Below, piece by piece: positions 58,554 to 64,000 of a stretch of DNA of 64,000 bases (positions are counted from its first letter, which is position 1; the number at the start of each line of letters is the position of its first letter). The translations under genes were made by a program, and so were the position numbers. A model generated the notes under the pieces. The model saw only the letters and a program-made list of their open reading frames with translations. It made no database searches and was not told the DNA's origin. Origin of the DNA: an uncultured Bifidobacteriaceae bacterium (lineage in GTDB: Bacteria > Actinomycetota > Actinomycetes > S36-B12 > CAIYMF01); the NCBI GenBank assembly GCA_964418695.1, contig CAYQMN010000013.1, positions 48 through 64,047 on the forward strand. The letters run 5' to 3'.

Positions 58554-59858
58554 ATGTCCTCGCCGTCCTCGCGTCTGTCCGTCGTCGTGCTGGGGGCGGG
58601 CACCGTCGGCACCCAGGTCGTGCGGCTGCTGGAGGAGCAGGCCGACGACCTGGCCGCCCGGATCGGCACTGAGCTGGAGGTCACCGGCGTCGGGGTGCGC
58701 GAGGCGCAGCGCGCCCGGCCGGGCATCCGTCCCGAGCTGCTCAGCGCGGACCTCGCGGCGCTGCTGGACACCAAGCCCGACATCGTCGTCGAGCTGATCG
58801 GCGGCATCCACCCGGCCGGTCCGCTCATCCTGCAGGCACTGCGCGGCGGTGCCTCGGTCGTCTCGGCGAACAAGGCCCTGATCGCCACCGAGGGCGCGGC
58901 TCTGCACGCGGCCGCCTCCGAGTCCGGCGTCGACCTGCTCTACGAAGCCTCGGTCGCCGGGGCGATCCCGCTGCTGCGCCCGCTGCGCGAGTCGCTGGCC
59001 GGCGACCGCATCCAGCGCGTGCTGGGCATCGTGAACGGCACGACCAACTACATCCTCACCCAGATGGAGGCCACCGGGGCCACCTTCGACCAGGCGCTGG
59101 CCGAGGCGCAGGCGCTGGGCTACGCGGAGGCGGACCCGTCGGCCGATGTCGACGGCCTGGACGCCGCCGCGAAGGCGGCGATCCTGGCCTCGCTCGCGTT
59201 CCACACCCGGATCACCCTGGCCGACGTGCAGGTCGAGGGCATCCGCTCGATCACGCCCGCCGAGATCGCCGCAGCCTCCGAGATGGGCTACGTCATCAAG
59301 CTGCTGGCCGTCGCCGAGCGGATCGAAGGGCCGGGCGAGTCCGGTGTCTCCGTGCGCGTGCACCCCACGCTCGTGCCGCGCACGCACCCGCTGGCCGGCG
59401 TGCGCGACGCGTTCAACGCGGTGTTCGTCGAGGCCGAGGCCGCGGGGCAGGTCATGTTCTACGGCCGCGGCGCCGGGGGGAACCCGACCGCGTCGGCGGT
59501 CCTGGGCGACATCGTCTCGGCGGCACGCAGCCGGCTGACCGGCTCGCGGGCGCCGGGCGACTCCAGCTACGCGAGTCTGCCGGTCCTGCCGGTGGGCGAG
59601 TCCACGACCGCCTACCTGGTCCACCTGCGCGTGACCGACCGGCCGGGCGTGCTGGCCGCGGTCGCCGGCGCGTTCGCCGAGCACGGGACCAGCATCCGCA
59701 GCCTCACCCAGAAGGGCGAGGGCAGCTCTGCGGAGCTGCTGATCCTGACCCACCCGGGCCGGGAGTCGAACCTCGCCCAGACGGTCGCGGCGCTGCGCTC
59801 GATGGACGTGGTGGACGAGGTCCAAGGAGTCATGCGAGTGATCGGGGAAGGACGATGA
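58554..59858 (+). CDS. hom: Homoserine dehydrogenase
   Basis: ATG 58554 has TAGGAGG upstream. The NAD motif is [10 protein letters not shown], followed by the catalytic domain and a C-terminal ACT domain. Confidence 0.92.
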   Translation: MSSPSSRLSVVVLGAGTVGTQVVRLLEEQADDLAARIGTELEVTGVGVREAQRARPGIRPELLSADLAALLDTKPDIVVELIGGIHPAGPLILQALRGGASVVSANKALIATEGAALHAAASESGVDLLYEASVAGAIPLLRPLRESLAGDRIQRVLGIVNGTTNYILTQMEATGATFDQALAEAQALGYAEADPSADVDGLDAAAKAAILASLAFHTRITLADVQVEGIRSITPAEIAAASEMGYVIKLLAVAERIEGPGESGVSVRVHPTLVPRTHPLAGVRDAFNAVFVEAEAAGQVMFYGRGAGGNPTASAVLGDIVSAARSRLTGSRAPGDSSYASLPVLPVGESTTAYLVHLRVTDRPGVLAAVAGAFAEHGTSIRSLTQKGEGSSAELLILTHPGRESNLAQTVAALRSMDVVDEVQGVMRVIGEGR

Positions 59859-60973
59859 GCATCGTGGACGATCCGGCGATGAGCCCGCCGGCTCCGGCCG
59901 GCGCACGGAGGGGCGCTCGCCCCTGGCAGGGGGTGATCGCCGAGTACCGCCACCGGATGCCGCTGCCCGCCGACGCCCGGATCGTCACGCTGGGGGAGGG
60001 CGGCACGCCGCTGGTGGAGTCCGAGTGGCTCAGCGAGCTGACCGGCTGCCGCGTCCTGCTCAAGTTCGACGGCACGAACCCGACCGGCTCGTTCAAGGAC
60101 CGCGGGATGACGATGGCCATCTCGACGGCCCTGCACGCGGGCGCCGAGGCCGTCATCTGCGCCTCCACCGGCAACACGTCGGCGTCGGCGGCGGCCTACG
60201 CGGGCAAGGCCGGGCTCACCAGCGCGGTGCTGGTCCCGTCGGGGAAGATCGCGATGGGCAAGCTCGCGCAGGCCCTGGCCCACGGTGCCCAGCTCATCCA
60301 GCTCGAGGGCAACTTCGACGACTGCCTGCGGGTGGCTCGGGAACTGTCCGACACGTACCCGGTCGCCCTGGTCAACTCGGTGAACCCGGTGCGGATCGAG
60401 GGCCAGAAGAGCGCCGCGTTCGAGATCGTCGACGTGCTCGGCGACGCCCCCGACGTGCACGTCCTGCCGGTCGGCAACGCCGGCAACATCACCGCCTACT
60501 GGAAGGGCTACCGCGAGTACCGCGCTGACGGCCCGGCCGCGCAGCTGCCCCGCATGTGGGGGTTCCAGGCCGAGGGTGCGGCGCCGATCGTGCGCGGCGC
60601 CCCGGTGGCGAACCCCGAGACTATCGCGACCGCCATCCGCATCGGCAATCCCGCGTCCTGGCAGCTGGCCGAGGCCGCGCGCGACGAGTCCGGCGGCCTG
60701 ATCGACATGGTCAGCGACGAGCAGATCCTGGCCGCGCACCGCGCGATCGCCGCCCGCGACGGTCTCTACTGCGAGCCCGCCTCGGCCGCCTCGGTGGCCG
60801 GCCTGGTCGCCGCGCAGGCCGCCGGCCGGGTCGATCCGGGCCAGGTGATCGTCTGCACCCTGACCGGGCACGGCCTCAAGGACACTCAGTGGGCGCTGGC
60901 CGGCGCCGACGATCCGACGGTCATCGGCGTCGACGTGCGGGCCGTCGCGCAGGCCCTGGGCCTCGCCCGGTGA
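59855..60973 (+). CDS. thrC: Threonine synthase
   Basis: The PLP lysine motif is [11 protein letters not shown]. The ATG overlaps the hom stop (ATGA). Confidence 0.92.
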   Translation: MSIVDDPAMSPPAPAGARRGARPWQGVIAEYRHRMPLPADARIVTLGEGGTPLVESEWLSELTGCRVLLKFDGTNPTGSFKDRGMTMAISTALHAGAEAVICASTGNTSASAAAYAGKAGLTSAVLVPSGKIAMGKLAQALAHGAQLIQLEGNFDDCLRVARELSDTYPVALVNSVNPVRIEGQKSAAFEIVDVLGDAPDVHVLPVGNAGNITAYWKGYREYRADGPAAQLPRMWGFQAEGAAPIVRGAPVANPETIATAIRIGNPASWQLAEAARDESGGLIDMVSDEQILAAHRAIAARDGLYCEPASAASVAGLVAAQAAGRVDPGQVIVCTLTGHGLKDTQWALAGADDPTVIGVDVRAVAQALGLAR

Positions 60974-61887
60974 GCCAGCGCGTCACGATCGAGGTCCCGG
61001 CCAGCAGCGCCAACCTCGGCCCGGGGTTCGACAGCCTGGGCATCGCCCTGGACCTGGTCGACCGGCTCGAGGTCGAGCTGACCGAGGACCCGGCGGTGCT
61101 GGTCGAGATCGACGGCGACGGCCAGGGCGTGGCTCTGGACGAGTCCAACCTCGTGATCCGCACGGTGCGCGCCGGGCTGGCCGCCTTCGACGACAGCGGC
61201 GACCTCGCGGCGCGCGGGGTGCAGCTGCGCTGCGGCAACGCGATCCCGCACAGCCGGGGTCTGGGCTCCTCGGCCGCCGCGATCGTCGGCGGACTCGCGG
61301 CCGCGGCCCATCTGGCCGGAGTCGCCGACGACGTGAGCGCGGCCCAGCTGGTCGCGCTGGCCACCCGGTTGGAGGGGCACCCGGACAACGTGGCCGCCAG
61401 CGTGCTCGGCGGAGCGACCATCGCCTGGATGACCGAGGGCCGCGCGGGTCCGGCCGGGACGGCCACCCGCTTCGAGGTCCATCCCGAGGTCACGCCCGTG
61501 CTCGTCGTGCCCAGCGCTCAGGCCTCCACGTCGCATGCCCGCGGGGCGCTGCCGCCGACCGTCGGGCACGGCGACGCGTCGTTCAACGCGGGCCGCGCTG
61601 CGCTGCTGGTGCACGCGCTCTCCCTGGACCCCGCTCTGCTGCTGCCGGCCACCGAGGACCGGCTGCACCAGCGCCAGCGCTCGACGGTGTATCCCGAGAG
61701 CTTCGCCCTGGTCCAGCAGCTGCGCAAGCAGCGCATCCCGGCCGCGATCTCCGGCGCCGGGCCGTCGGTGATCGCCTTCGCGGTCGGCGCACCCGATCCG
61801 CTCGCGGCCCGGATCGCCGACGTGGTGGGCGATCCGGCGTCCGTGCGCGTCCTGCAGGTTGCCGTGCAGGGGGTTCGCGCGTGCTGA
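60970..61887 (+). CDS. thrB: Homoserine kinase
   Basis: GTG 60970 overlaps the thrC stop (GTGA). The GHMP kinase motif is [14 protein letters not shown], and the N-terminus reads [13 protein letters not shown]. Confidence 0.9.
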   Translation: MSQRVTIEVPASSANLGPGFDSLGIALDLVDRLEVELTEDPAVLVEIDGDGQGVALDESNLVIRTVRAGLAAFDDSGDLAARGVQLRCGNAIPHSRGLGSSAAAIVGGLAAAAHLAGVADDVSAAQLVALATRLEGHPDNVAASVLGGATIAWMTEGRAGPAGTATRFEVHPEVTPVLVVPSAQASTSHARGALPPTVGHGDASFNAGRAALLVHALSLDPALLLPATEDRLHQRQRSTVYPESFALVQQLRKQRIPAAISGAGPSVIAFAVGAPDPLAARIADVVGDPASVRVLQVAVQGVRAC

Positions 61888-62173
61888 TCCGTGCTCGCGC
61901 GGAGGTGTCGGGCGGCCCGCCACGCCAGAGCGGCGGTGGGCGGCGCATCGCCTGAGCACGGAGCAGAGGTGCTACCGTGTCCATAGGACATGCGCGACAG
62001 GGCCGGTCCTCGGAGGTTGTGCAACCTCCACCTCCGGTCCCGCAGAACACCGAGATCGTGATGCTCCTGCTCCCGGTCCCAGGTCGCACGTCCGGCTCTT
62101 CATGTTCAGCGCCTCACGAGGCGCGGGGGACTTCTTCCGCGATCAGTGCGGCTCAACCACACCTAGGAACCAC

Positions 62174-64000
<1,827 letters not shown>

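Noticed and set aside
53594-58888. 1764-aa minus-strand ORF spanning argS, the yihY-like gene and lysA
   Set aside because: It runs antisense to three strongly supported plus-strand genes and has artefactual composition.

Overview
This is a very GC-rich actinobacterial (Actinomycetota) chromosomal segment. I cannot assign a genus from the sequence alone. Most of it is conserved housekeeping DNA in mycobacteria-like synteny, with a degraded accessory patch at the left edge.

Left ~4.7 kb: tandem orphan RHS/YD-repeat fragments alternate with small low-GC ORFs (candidate immunity genes) and an IS21 relic.

The remainder, in order:
- bL37 micro-gene, hotdog thioesterase, and a solitary PD-(D/E)xK-like nuclease
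- the block SIS protein, pdtaS, whiB1, DAG kinase
- sigF-rsbW
- Ni-SOD genes sodN and sodX, with a GNAT gene coupled to sodN
- kgd
- MmpL/MarR
- PadR-ABC-FtsX
- ECF sigma/anti-sigma
- a tightly coupled sulfate-assimilation/siroheme cluster (sirA, small Zn-ribbon ORF, cysH, cysD, cysN, cysG, plus cbiX)
- two-domain PPK2
- an orphan Hcp(TssD)-like gene
- cspA
- a translationally coupled ABC-type ATPase plus MIT_C/PLD-like protein pair
- nagA
- tRNA-Arg(CCG)
- argS-lysA-hom-thrC-thrB-rho (rho runs off the window)

The ATPase plus MIT_C/PLD-like pair is my best candidate for an undescribed conflict/defence module.

Many short tandem repeats and palindromic REP-like elements occur, and several sit in-frame inside coding sequences. 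I saw no rRNA, CRISPR array or intact mobile element.

All homology calls were made by eye and from memory of family motifs, with no searches run. Start codons are often GTG/TTG and were chosen from Shine-Dalgarno-like motifs and stop/start overlaps. Many long track ORFs are GC-driven antisense artefacts and were not called.
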